Source: a virus
DNA length: 64,000 bases
IMG/VR virus record: IMGVR_UViG_3300045391_006990
Span: 32,001 to 96,000 of that record
Strand: one strand, 5' to 3'
Part shown: one piece after another, positions 19,082-27,366 of the stretch
How positions within the stretch are numbered: position 1 is the first letter of the stretch
How the letters are laid out: the number at the start of each line of letters is the position of its first letter
Position numbers and translations under genes: made by a program
Notes under the pieces: model-generated
Told to the model about the DNA's origin: nothing
Databases searched by the model: none
Seen by the model: the letters and a program-made list of their open reading frames with translations, nothing else

Positions 19082-19281
19082 GAGTTCCTCCTCGCGGTAT
19101 AGGCGGCTGCCCGCTCCAGGTTTTCGTCTAGCGTGGCGCGCAAATCTGCGGCAGCCTTTTGGACGCCTGGGTCCTTGTGCGGCTTCAAGTTGCCGATCAG
19201 GTCGTTCAGGGCCGCTGCTTCATCGAGCGAAAGGGTCACGGAGATGAACACCTGGGAGTAGGGAACGATACGACCGATCAT
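19078..19281 (-). CDS. Hypothetical protein
   Basis: ATGA-coupled to neighbouring ORFs. Confidence 0.55.
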   Translation of the reverse strand: MIGRIVPYSQVFISVTLSLDEAAALNDLIGNLKPHKDPGVQKAAADLRATLDENLERAAAYTARRNS

Positions 19282-19330
19282 GGTTGCTTCAAGTAGTACC
19301 AGTTCTTCATAGTGAAGTCCTCTGCGTTGC

Positions 19331-19390
19331 TCTTATGCCCGATGAACTTGCCCGCTTGCGCGAAAGTTCAGCATGGATTCGGGGATAAGA
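19331..19390. promoter_or_regulatory. Divergent pair of GGG(G/C)ATAAGA motifs flanking a TGAACTT-N14-AAGTTCA inverted repeat
   Basis: Minus-strand GGGCATAAGA at 19331-19340, plus-strand GGGGATAAGA at 19381-19390, inverted repeat at 19343-19370. Confidence 0.6.
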
Positions 19391-19433
19391 AAGCTAGAAG
19401 GAAAAGGGCTACACCAGGCCCAAGGAGAGAATC

Positions 19434-19658
19434 ATGGAAAAAGCTGAACTGATCGAGAGCATCAAGACCAATACGCGTGCCCTCACCGACATGCTGAACC
19501 GTTCTACCGAACTGGCGGTAAGCAAAGTCGCTGATGACTCGGCAACCATCGAGAACCTGGACATGATGAACATGGCCCTCGAGCAGTTGAGAATCGCTGC
19601 TGAGCAACTCGAAATTGGAGCCAGCCGCCTCCATGAGATCGAGGAGAAGGTAGCGTGA
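19434..19658 (+). CDS. Hypothetical coiled-coil protein
   Basis: AAGGAG SD. Confidence 0.65.
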   Translation: MEKAELIESIKTNTRALTDMLNRSTELAVSKVADDSATIENLDMMNMALEQLRIAAEQLEIGASRLHEIEEKVA

Positions 19659-20104
19659 GCGACCCGTTCAATGTGGCACGGGAGCGCCTGTGTCAGCTCG
19701 TCGGTAATCGGTTGGCCGAAAAGCTCATCGAAGATAACAAGAAGGCCGCCGCGGTGTACGCCAAGAACATCTCGGATGTCACTGTGAAGGCCTTTCAGGA
19801 CCGTTACTCGCTGACAGCGGATGAGCTCACCGAACCCCGCTTCAACTTAGTGCGTGATGAAGCGGTCGAATTGCTGAAGAGCTGCATCAGCGTCTTCATC
19901 TCTTGTGAGGTACTGAACCTCAGCTGCGTGTTGCACAACGCGCTGGAAGTCTCCATGGCTGCGTTCGTCAGTCATGCTGTCGGGCACTACGAGGTCGAGC
20001 AGAAGAAACGCCGAATCGAGAGCATCGTGGAAGCTCTCATCGACAACGAGCCAGACGAGAACGACATCCACCACGCCGCCAAGGCGCACAGCTCAGGCAA
20101 CTGA
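19655..20104 (+). CDS. Hypothetical protein
   Basis: GTGA overlap with the upstream gene; followed by a terminator. Confidence 0.65.
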   Translation: MSDPFNVARERLCQLVGNRLAEKLIEDNKKAAAVYAKNISDVTVKAFQDRYSLTADELTEPRFNLVRDEAVELLKSCISVFISCEVLNLSCVLHNALEVSMAAFVSHAVGHYEVEQKKRRIESIVEALIDNEPDENDIHHAAKAHSSGN

Positions 20105-20105
20105 G

Positions 20106-20396
20106 CTACCTCGAAGAGCCGCCCTCGGGCTCTTTTCTAGCCCTCAGATCGCCCAGGTCCTCGACCATCACGTAGCGTGTCGATTCTCGACGGTCCGGGG
20201 CCAGGACGGAAGGTGGTGGCTCGCTCTGCTTCTGGAGCACTTCGAGACGCACGCGGTGCATCCGGAAATCTTGCGCGGCCGCGCGCATGCTTTCACAGAG
20301 CTCCTCGGCTTTCTTCAACGTGTCGATGAGCTCAGCCAGGTCGCGGCGCGAGATGTGCACCGCCAGTATCTCTTTGTCGTTCGTCGAACCGCTCAC
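20106..20396 (-). CDS. Hypothetical protein, probably leaderless
   Basis: TATCAT ends 6 nt before the GTG. Confidence 0.55.
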   Translation of the reverse strand: MSGSTNDKEILAVHISRRDLAELIDTLKKAEELCESMRAAAQDFRMHRVRLEVLQKQSEPPPSVLAPDRRESTRYVMVEDLGDLRARKEPEGGSSR

Positions 20397-20419
20397 GGCT
20401 ACATGATAGCCTCGAGAGC

Positions 20420-21028
20420 ATGAAGAAACCGAGCTGGCTCCAACCCCTGGATCTGATTCCGTTGCTCATCCCTGTCATCGCGGCAGCGTATGCCTTCATC
20501 CATGGCTACGAAGCTGTGCACCACACGCAAGCCGGCGTCATGTTGGTAGCAGTCCCTGTTTTGATGTGGCTGCTCTGGGGTCGCGTGATGTACTACCGGA
20601 AGAAATTCCTCGACAGCTGCACCTGGTTTCCGCAGTACAAATTCATGGTAGCTCCCGATCCCAACCTACCGACCAACGAGCAGTACCTACTACCTTCCGA
20701 GCAAGAATTCGACGCTGCCGTGGCTAGTACGGTACGGGATTGGGTTCCATTTCATCCTGCAGCTGACCGCCTCATGAAAAGCGGTGTGAAGTGGCTCACG
20801 TTCCGTAGGAATTTGAATGAGGTGCCGCTCACACCAAAAGTCGGTTTGGTGAAGGGTCTCACCACAGGCTGGGGTACTGAAATCTTCGTCGACTTTGACA
20901 GCCGTCTGGAAACGCTCGAGAGGACTGCGTTCGAGCATGAGCTCGGCCACGTCATCCACGGCCTCGCCACCGGCGGTTGGGACCAGGAAGAGCACCACGC
21001 CTTTGCCAAGAAGAATCACCTCCGATGA
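20420..21028 (+). CDS. Membrane-anchored HExxH metallopeptidase-like protein
   Basis: Two N-terminal TM segments and FEHELGHVIH. Confidence 0.6.
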   Translation: MKKPSWLQPLDLIPLLIPVIAAAYAFIHGYEAVHHTQAGVMLVAVPVLMWLLWGRVMYYRKKFLDSCTWFPQYKFMVAPDPNLPTNEQYLLPSEQEFDAAVASTVRDWVPFHPAADRLMKSGVKWLTFRRNLNEVPLTPKVGLVKGLTTGWGTEIFVDFDSRLETLERTAFEHELGHVIHGLATGGWDQEEHHAFAKKNHLR

Positions 21029-21153
21029 ACGTCGAGCTCCTCCTGGAAGTGTTGCTCAACCTGCTCGTCGCCGGCGGGGCCGCGTACTTGTACTTCGACA
21101 ACGCTCGCCAGAAATTGCGCTACCTGCGCAGCTGGTTGACGACGCGCGCCTGA
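21025..21153 (+). CDS. Small single-TM protein, 42 aa
   Basis: MNVELLLEVLLNLLVAGGAAYLYF...; ATGA overlap. Confidence 0.45.
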   Translation: MNVELLLEVLLNLLVAGGAAYLYFDNARQKLRYLRSWLTTRA

Positions 21154-21276
21154 CGCGCTTCCATCGTCCTTGCCCCTGCCTCAGCGTTGACTCGGGTGAA
21201 GGGCCTTTGACCATGTTCGATTACATATCCGTGGTGCCAAAGCCGACCACGCCGGTGACGCCGGCAAGGAGAGCTC

Positions 21277-21441
21277 ATGCACCACAAACGAAAGCGACCT
21301 AAGAATCGGCGAGCGGGCTGCCTGTACTGCAAGGCCCACAAAGGCAACGGCATCAAAGGCGCGTTCCGCTCGCAGACCTACCAAGAGCAGCGTGCGCTGG
21401 TGGCCGACAAAGAGTTCGGCTTAAGCAGCCGCCCGCGCTGA
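21277..21441 (+). CDS. Small basic CxxC-H protein, 54 aa
   Basis: AAGGAG SD; MHHKRKRPKNRRAGCLYCKAHKGNG. Confidence 0.55.
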   Translation: MHHKRKRPKNRRAGCLYCKAHKGNGIKGAFRSQTYQEQRALVADKEFGLSSRPR

Positions 21442-21756
21442 CTGAAAGGCAAGAGGGAGCTCGCGCAGCAATGCGTTGGCTCCCGTGCCTACGATAGCCA
21501 CTGCTGTCACCGCGTTAGCCAGGTCCGGCTCCTGGAAGCGCTCGACGACGCAGCGCCTATCCTCCGCCTTGTCCGCCAACGCCAGTAGCGCCGCCTCGTC
21601 CGGCACGTGCTTCACCACGACGTTGTTCGATTTCCTGTGCCAAATCGAAGATAGGTCGGGGCCTTCGATCACCCATTGCACGGCGGCGTGGACGGCTTGC
21701 GCCATTTGCAAGCCAGGGTCGAGATCTGCGCGCACGACGATGAACAGCTTCAGCAT
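21421..21756 (-). CDS. Peptidyl-tRNA hydrolase, PTH2-like
   Basis: KLFIVVRADL..G...AQAVHA, EPDL...TAVA and LPL. Confidence 0.8.
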   Translation of the reverse strand: MLKLFIVVRADLDPGLQMAQAVHAAVQWVIEGPDLSSIWHRKSNNVVVKHVPDEAALLALADKAEDRRCVVERFQEPDLANAVTAVAIVGTGANALLRELPLAFQSARAAA

Positions 21757-21801
21757 TTTCAGAGTCCTTTCGGGGATAAGAGAGTGGAGAAGGAGAAGTG
21801 C

Positions 21802-22158
21802 ATGACCATCAAATCGATATCCGTTGAGCAAGCCAAGCCTTTGTCCAAATCGCAGCTAGAGTGCGTAGGGCGCTTCAACCTGAGATTGCTGGCTGATGAA
21901 CTCGGAATGCTTGCCAACAAGGAGGCCTCAAGATCGTTCCTCTGCTGTTCGAACGCTGAGCAGGTGGATTTGGTGTACGCAAAGATGCACGACTTGGACC
22001 TAACGTCTCCCTTCGACAGGAGCACGACTATCGACATCCGCATCAAATCCGCCAAAGACGCCCTTGCGTCTTCGCTCATCGCGCTACGACATGCCCACGT
22101 CCGTGAGCTAACTGAAGAGGTGCGGAGGCGGGTGGAGGAAGAACTATGCGGCGCCTGA
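21802..22158 (+). CDS. Rho-N/HeH-like helical domain protein (paralog 1)
   Basis: QLECVGRFNLRLLADELGM...NAEQ; GGGGATAAGA motif and AAGGAG SD upstream. Confidence 0.6.
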   Translation: MTIKSISVEQAKPLSKSQLECVGRFNLRLLADELGMLANKEASRSFLCCSNAEQVDLVYAKMHDLDLTSPFDRSTTIDIRIKSAKDALASSLIALRHAHVRELTEEVRRRVEEELCGA

Positions 22159-22526
22159 AAGTAGACATCGACCTCGACAGCGGCTTCGTCGTTATGAAGA
22201 TGCCGGTACGTGACTTCGAACAGATCGCCACCGCGGCTTGTTGCCATTGCTACGACAGAAGACGTGTGGCCGAAGCAGACGAGAGAGCTGGGGCCTCGAG
22301 AGAAGAAACAAAGAATTACTACAACGGGCTCCTGCACTTCGTGAAGGGAGTAGAGAAGCTCATCGAAATGCAAGAACGCCCATGGAAGTACGAAGATCCC
22401 ATCCCGCTCATCACGCGAGACGCGAAGACGAGGCGCGCCGAAGTTGAGCAGGATCGATACGAGCGGCAGCTGCTCGATCGAATCGTTGAAGAGGCGCGCC
22501 TTGCACCAAGAAAGAAGGAGGATTGA
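22146..22526 (+). CDS. Hypothetical protein
   Basis: GGAGG SD; operon packing. Confidence 0.6.
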   Translation: MRRLKVDIDLDSGFVVMKMPVRDFEQIATAACCHCYDRRRVAEADERAGASREETKNYYNGLLHFVKGVEKLIEMQERPWKYEDPIPLITRDAKTRRAEVEQDRYERQLLDRIVEEARLAPRKKED

Positions 22527-23102
22527 ATGGGAGATCGACAAGTTGAAATGGCCAAGCTGATTAGTGAGGCTAGCCTGCTGAATCCAGAACAGCTTGCAGG
22601 ACTTGGAAGATACCAACTGCGCATCATTGCCGCCGAATTGAATTTGATGAGCACAGAGGAAGAACGCCTCCACTACATAAAGAAACCCGTGGGCGAGCAA
22701 GCCTTGTACCTGCACCAAATGCTCAGAGAGTTGCCAGGAGCAAAGTGGCCTGAGCTCCCGTTCGATGAGGAGTTCTTGCGCATCGTCCTTCTGGAGGCCC
22801 GCGTCATGGGAAAAGACGTTACCGTCGAGCCGTACAAGACTTGGAACAACGAGCTCGCGTGGAGGCGCACCGACAAATACATGGCCGGCGGTACCGAGGG
22901 GACGATGAACATAGAGCAGGTCTATGAGTTGCAGGCCACCATTGTTCGCATGAACCAAGCCTTCTCGAATCAGAAAGGCCTGATGGCCATGCACGTACGC
23001 AAGCACCTCTGCTCGCACAAGGACGCGGCGAGTAACACCAAAGCTATCGGAACTGGCCAAGGTGCGGACATCTGCCCTGCGTGCGGAGCGCAGCTCGGCT
23101 GA
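22527..23102 (+). CDS. Rho-N/HeH-like domain protein (paralog 2) with C-terminal CPACG
   Basis: QLAGLGRYQLRIIAAELNL...GEQALYLH. Confidence 0.6.
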   Translation: MGDRQVEMAKLISEASLLNPEQLAGLGRYQLRIIAAELNLMSTEEERLHYIKKPVGEQALYLHQMLRELPGAKWPELPFDEEFLRIVLLEARVMGKDVTVEPYKTWNNELAWRRTDKYMAGGTEGTMNIEQVYELQATIVRMNQAFSNQKGLMAMHVRKHLCSHKDAASNTKAIGTGQGADICPACGAQLG

Positions 23103-23114
23103 GAGGAGGCCTGA

Positions 23115-23279
23115 ATGTGGTGGCGCAGAAACCGTTACGTTGTACTCACGCTCGTGCTGCTGATCCCGGTAAACATCATCTGGATGTGGCCAGTCTGGTG
23201 GCGTGGCTTGTTCATCACGGCCATCTCCAGCGCGGTGATGCTCGGAGTCGATGCTTGGGCCTACCGCGACGTTGACTGA
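23115..23279 (+). CDS. Small 2-TM membrane protein, 54 aa
   Basis: GGAGG SD; MWWRRNRYVVLTLVLLIPVNII... Confidence 0.55.
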   Translation: MWWRRNRYVVLTLVLLIPVNIIWMWPVWWRGLFITAISSAVMLGVDAWAYRDVD

Positions 23280-23323
23280 CAACTTACGAAGAAGCGGCCC
23301 TCGCGCTTTTTCGTAGCTCTCTG

Positions 23324-23398
23324 CGCACCCCGCTGGATTCGAACCAGCGACCTCCGAGATCTTCAGTCCCGATGCTCTGCCAACTGAGCTAGGGGTGC
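23324..23398 (-). tRNA. trnF: tRNA-Phe(GAA); CCA not encoded; anticodon stem extended by one U-G pair
   Basis: Acceptor GCACCCC/GGGGTGC, D arm GCTC-AGTTGGCA-GAGC, loop CT-GAA-GA, T arm GCTGG-TTCGAAT-CCAGC. Confidence 0.9.
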
Positions 23399-23442
23399 AT
23401 GTGACGGCGGCGGCAAGGACAAGTCCGAGCACGGCCCGCCGT

Positions 23443-23510
23443 CGGTGGGGTGCGGTGGAATCGAACCACCTCGATCCGGGCTTGCGGCCCGCGCGCTGCC
23501 ATTCACCCCA
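23443..23510 (-). ncRNA. D-armless tRNA-like RNA (possibly a degenerate tRNA-Cys)
   Basis: Acceptor GGGGTG/CACCCC plus A-CCG, T arm GGTGG-TTCGATT-CCACC, hairpin CGGGC-CGCAA-GCCCG, no D stem. Confidence 0.6.
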
Positions 23511-23632
23511 GAAATACAAAAACCCCGCTAGGCAAATTGCCCGCAGGGTTCGAAAGACACTGGCCACGCCCGAAGGCTGTCGGTCAAAGCTTCATTGCCC
23601 AGCCATCATATCCAACCCCGTGGCGCCGTCAA
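23511..23632 (-). promoter_or_regulatory. Sigma70 promoter and structured, attenuator-like leader for the tRNA locus
   Basis: TTGACG-16-TATGAT (23632-23605), a C(UUCG)G hairpin, then an AACCC...GGGGTTTTTG hairpin with a U-tract. Confidence 0.55.
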
Positions 23633-23895
23633 GAGCCTCCCTGCTGGTCCAGCGGGCGGATGACCAGGACGGCCGCCTCCAGCGCCTGGCGCGCGGCTTC
23701 CTTGGCCGCCTCCTCGGTCTCCTTCAGGCCAGCGCCGAGCGGCGCCGTACCGTTCCACGCGCCCCATTGGTAGGCGGGGCCGTCGACGGCCTTCTCGACC
23801 TTGGCCAGGAGCATGGTGCCTTTCACGCGCCCGACCCAGCATGGAGTCTCGGTCCACTCAAGCCTGCGGGGGAATTCGATGAGCTTGCCGGTCAT
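23629..23895 (-). CDS. Hypothetical protein, probably leaderless
   Basis: TAGGCT ends 7 nt before MTGKLIEF. Confidence 0.55.
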   Translation of the reverse strand: MTGKLIEFPRRLEWTETPCWVGRVKGTMLLAKVEKAVDGPAYQWGAWNGTAPLGAGLKETEEAAKEAARQALEAAVLVIRPLDQQGGS

Positions 23896-23972
23896 CCCCA
23901 AGAGCCTACCGCCGGCTTCGCGCGCCCACAAGTTCATCACCGTTTCGGGGATAAGAATGACGGAGGACACCC

Positions 23973-24329
23973 ATGGCCGAAGCATCTGTTGAAGTGGATG
24001 AAGCTGCCCTACGCGCGGCCATTCGCGTATGGATTTACACGCCGATCATCCGTCTGCACACCGTCGCTGGAGAACGACAAGACCTCTATCTGAAGCTCGT
24101 CGCACATGCGGCGCAGCTTCCGTACGAAAAGGTCGTGGAGCTCTGGCATGCGCGCAACCGCGGCATCGTAGACGCTCGCCGCCAATTGAAGCGCATGATC
24201 TTCGCCAAGCTGATGAACGACCCGCCGTCCATCCTTCGGGTTCACGATGAAGTCGTGGTTCATGAAGCCTCGCCTGTAGAATCAGAGGATGTTGCCGAAG
24301 AACAAGGTCATGAAGATCGTCCCCGGTGA
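23973..24329 (+). CDS. Hypothetical protein
   Basis: GGGGATAAGA motif and GGAGG SD upstream. Confidence 0.65.
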   Translation: MAEASVEVDEAALRAAIRVWIYTPIIRLHTVAGERQDLYLKLVAHAAQLPYEKVVELWHARNRGIVDARRQLKRMIFAKLMNDPPSILRVHDEVVVHEASPVESEDVAEEQGHEDRPR

Positions 24330-24546
24330 AGCTTACATGCGTCGCAGGGACAAGAAAGTCGTGGTAGTCGATCGCGTCACCGGTCAGGGGGTGGAATACC
24401 ACCTCAAGTCCGACACTGCTGAAGCCAAGTTCAAGATCTCGCTGGACGGTTTCCGCAAAGGCATCCGCCCACTCACAGCAGAGGAGAAGCAACGTGAAAA
24501 TACTACTGCTGGCTCTGTTGCCGCTGCTGTTCCAAGCGAACAGTGA
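24289..24546 (+). CDS. Hypothetical small beta-rich protein
   Basis: Operon packing. Confidence 0.5.
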   Translation: MLPKNKVMKIVPGEAYMRRRDKKVVVVDRVTGQGVEYHLKSDTAEAKFKISLDGFRKGIRPLTAEEKQRENTTAGSVAAAVPSEQ

Positions 24547-24688
24547 TCGGTGCAGGGCCAAAGAATTTCGATGTGAAATGCGCTGCAACGAAGATACCAA
24601 GGGCGGGACGATGTCCCGTCTCAAATGTTATGAGAGGTGCCGTGAAGACGAGACAGCCTGCCGTAAGTACGGCGACGACGAGCCCTAA
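24494..24688 (+). CDS. Secreted Cys-rich helical mini-protein
   Basis: Signal peptide plus C-x6-C-x3-C...C-x3-C-x6-C; GAGGAG SD. Confidence 0.6.
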   Translation: MKILLLALLPLLFQANSDRCRAKEFRCEMRCNEDTKGGTMSRLKCYERCREDETACRKYGDDEP

Positions 24689-24695
24689 GAAAAAG

Positions 24696-24926
24696 ATGGT
24701 GCAGCAGGAGCTACCCTTTGAAGAGCCGCTGCAGCCAGGATGGCAGGGCAAGCGTTACTTGCTCTGCTCCGACGGAATCTGGCACCTGGTGCTTTTCATC
24801 CACGACGCGGAAATGGCAGACACCCAGTGCTGCGCCGACGTGCACGTACAGCTTCCGCCGCCGAGCGGATCACGCGAGCCAATGTGCGAAACGTGCGTGC
24901 AGCTCCACTTTGCTCCCAAGAAGTAG
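24696..24926 (+). CDS. H-C-CxxC zinc-finger protein
   Basis: WHL...TQCC...MCETC; N-terminal QQELPF. Confidence 0.5.
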   Translation: MVQQELPFEEPLQPGWQGKRYLLCSDGIWHLVLFIHDAEMADTQCCADVHVQLPPPSGSREPMCETCVQLHFAPKK

Positions 24927-25280
24927 TCAACTAGCGTGGCGTATGCGGTGGATGGTGCCAGCTCGGCGCGAGGAGCGGAGCTTGGTGTACACCTCCATGT
25001 CGGTGTGCGCCCCGCGCGCTCTCCTCATGAGCTCGTCGTGTGCCAGGCGCAGACCGGTACCGACGGCGAAAACCTCCTGGTCGATGTGCGGAATTTGCTC
25101 ATACAAAAGCTCCACACTGAGGCGATTGCACGCGAGGAAGCCTTGTACCATGCGCGCAAGCAGTGGTTCGTCATCTATCGTCACTTCGAGCTCGCCGGCG
25201 TCCTTGTCCAGCGCGTCCACTACATCTTTGAGCTGTCCGAGTAGCAGCGCGGTGTGCTCGCATCGTTCTGAAAAATTCAT
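24927..25280 (-). CDS. Hypothetical protein
   Basis: GAAGGA SD; isolated minus-strand ORF. Confidence 0.55.
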   Translation of the reverse strand: MNFSERCEHTALLLGQLKDVVDALDKDAGELEVTIDDEPLLARMVQGFLACNRLSVELLYEQIPHIDQEVFAVGTGLRLAHDELMRRARGAHTDMEVYTKLRSSRRAGTIHRIRHAS

Positions 25281-25333
25281 CTACTGGTGTTCCTTCTGCC
25301 TGAGGCGCGACACGGTAGGCAAGGATTGAACCA

Positions 25334-25615
25334 ATGAAGGAGACGAGCTCCAACAAGTACCAGTTGCTGTCAGATGGACAGCGCGTTTGGGTGAACGGAC
25401 TGCAGGGGGAGTCAGTCGCCCGCCTATCGCGGTTCGGCTCGGTTGTGATGATCGACATACACCAGCCGCTCTGCGCGCAAAAGACAAATGGCGAGTGCCT
25501 CGACTGCAGGCACGACCTGCAGGGGTATGAGGCGTGGTTGTACTTCATCTCGTCACTCAAACGAAACTTCAACATCGATGTCGACGAAGCACATCGACCC
25601 AAATGGGCCAGCTAA
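25334..25615 (+). CDS. Hypothetical phage protein (DG.RVWVN...RF...IDIH...CLDC)
   Basis: AAGGA SD. Confidence 0.6.
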   Translation: MKETSSNKYQLLSDGQRVWVNGLQGESVARLSRFGSVVMIDIHQPLCAQKTNGECLDCRHDLQGYEAWLYFISSLKRNFNIDVDEAHRPKWAS

Positions 25616-25916
25616 CGGAGAAGGAAATGGAAGAGACGTTCGACCTAGGAAAAGCAACGGAGCAGACTCGTGAACTCACTGCGCTACTGTCACTCATGAA
25701 GCGTCAGCGCAAAAAGAGCAAACCCATCGAGACGGTGCTGGAAGCCCTAAACAAACTGGGGTCCCGCCGCCCAACGAAGCAACGTTTCAGCGTTCACTTC
25801 GACCGCGACCGCAGCAAGTTCATCGTGTACACAGCACACGAGGAGACCGTGCTGCCACTCGTACTGCACCACACTGCAGAAGAGATCTACTGCAAGCCCA
25901 CCAAGGAGAAGCTCAA

Positions 25917-26501
25917 GTGAAGTACTTTGCCAGCAAAGAAAGCAGCGTGCTGCTAGTAGCACTTATAGTTGGCTGCAGCGCGGCCGAGCCGCCCACATCC
26001 ACGTCTACGCGCCCGACGCCGACCGAAGCTCACGTAGCAGACGTTGAAGTACAGGAAACACCAGAACCGCCGACGGTAGATCGCCTGCATGTGGAGTGGA
26101 CGGTCGACGAGCAATTCACGTCAGACGAATTAGACGCCATACTGGTTGCCGGTGAGGACTGGGCTACAGTCACTGAAGGACGTGTCGGTCTGACCTTCAA
26201 GGTAGCGGCTGTTGAAGTCGGTACACCATGGACCATTGCCAGGACCGATATACCGAACGCCAATGGCCGGACCAGCATCTTCGATACCGGCACGTTCATC
26301 GAGATCGATGCCAACAACTTCGAGAACACCACGTGCGTAGGACAAGTCTGGTACGTAGCTGCGCATGAGCTCGGACACTCGCTCGGTATCCTGACGCACG
26401 GACCAACCGGTGTAATGAAGACAGGTGCAGGTGCTGCTAATTGTGCCGTGACGTTCACTCATAGCGACATAGACTTGTTCAACGCAGCCAACCCAAACTG
26501 A
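25917..26501 (+). CDS. Matrixin-like (M10) zinc metalloprotease, probable lipoprotein
   Basis: Lipobox-like LIVGC, HELGHSLGILTH and a GVM Met-turn. Confidence 0.75.
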   Translation: MKYFASKESSVLLVALIVGCSAAEPPTSTSTRPTPTEAHVADVEVQETPEPPTVDRLHVEWTVDEQFTSDELDAILVAGEDWATVTEGRVGLTFKVAAVEVGTPWTIARTDIPNANGRTSIFDTGTFIEIDANNFENTTCVGQVWYVAAHELGHSLGILTHGPTGVMKTGAGAANCAVTFTHSDIDLFNAANPN

Positions 26502-26509
26502 AGAGCTAC

Positions 26510-26986
26510 ATGACCATACGCTATGTAAAAGGCGATGTGACCAAGCCCGAGGATACGGGTGGCATTCGTGTCATCGCCCACTCTTGCAATGACGTGGGCG
26601 GTTGGGGTCCAGAAGGGGGCAGCGTTGCCGATGCTATCGGCAAGCGTTGGCCAGAGGCGAGGAGCGAGTACAAGTCGCAATTCCTAGAAGGCACTGGCTT
26701 GAAGCTCGGCGAGGTGCAGCTAGTCGACGTCGGCGACAAGCTGTGGGTCGCCAACTGCATCGCCCAGCGTGGCTACCGCCGCCCCGGCAATCTGCAGCCG
26801 TTCAAGTACGAGGCCTTCGAAACCTGCATGGGGTTTCTGGTGAAGAGCTTCGTCGGCCGCAACGCCAGCATTCACATGCCGCGCGTGGGCACCAAACTTG
26901 GCGGCGCTGATTGGCACGCCATCGAATACATCATTGAAAGAACGCTCGGCGAAGCCGAGCTTAACGTCACGGTGTACGACCTATGA
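26510..26986 (+). CDS. Macrodomain ADP-ribosylhydrolase (TARG1/DarG-like class)
   Basis: IRYVKGDVT, IAHSCND.GGWG, VANCIAQ and SIHMPRVG..LGG.DW..IE. Confidence 0.85.
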   Translation: MTIRYVKGDVTKPEDTGGIRVIAHSCNDVGGWGPEGGSVADAIGKRWPEARSEYKSQFLEGTGLKLGEVQLVDVGDKLWVANCIAQRGYRRPGNLQPFKYEAFETCMGFLVKSFVGRNASIHMPRVGTKLGGADWHAIEYIIERTLGEAELNVTVYDL

Positions 26987-27366
26987 ACGACTGGAAGAAG
27001 TGCGTGGTCTGCGGAGAAGAGATCATCCCTCCCAGCCACTTGGAAGTACAAGATGTGCCTCGGCACTACCACATTCACTGCGCCGAGCAAGCGAAGCAGC
27101 TGGCGGTGGTGTGGCGCGGCTTGGTGCTGCAAGGCACTGACGAAGACCTTTGCTGGGCACACGACAAGAGCGAAGAGACCGGGCTCTACCTGGGCGTTGC
27201 GTTCGAAGACGAGCGCGGGTTCTTCTCGGCTACCATCGCGGTCCATGGCGTCGAGAGCGAAGGCGAAGGTGCCACCGCGATCGAGGCGCTGGACAGCGCG
27301 TACATAGACCTGCAGCAAGAGACGCTGCGCATCACAGCCGAAGTCTGGCAGCTAGGACAGCGTTGA
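26983..27366 (+). CDS. Hypothetical protein
   Basis: ATGA overlap; N-terminal CVVC..HxxC. Confidence 0.55.
   Translation: MNDWKKCVVCGEEIIPPSHLEVQDVPRHYHIHCAEQAKQLAVVWRGLVLQGTDEDLCWAHDKSEETGLYLGVAFEDERGFFSATIAVHGVESEGEGATAIEALDSAYIDLQQETLRITAEVWQLGQR

Noticed and set aside
21759-23567. 602-aa minus-strand ORF
   Set aside because: It is the antisense shadow of four SD-led plus-strand genes and runs through the tRNA genes.
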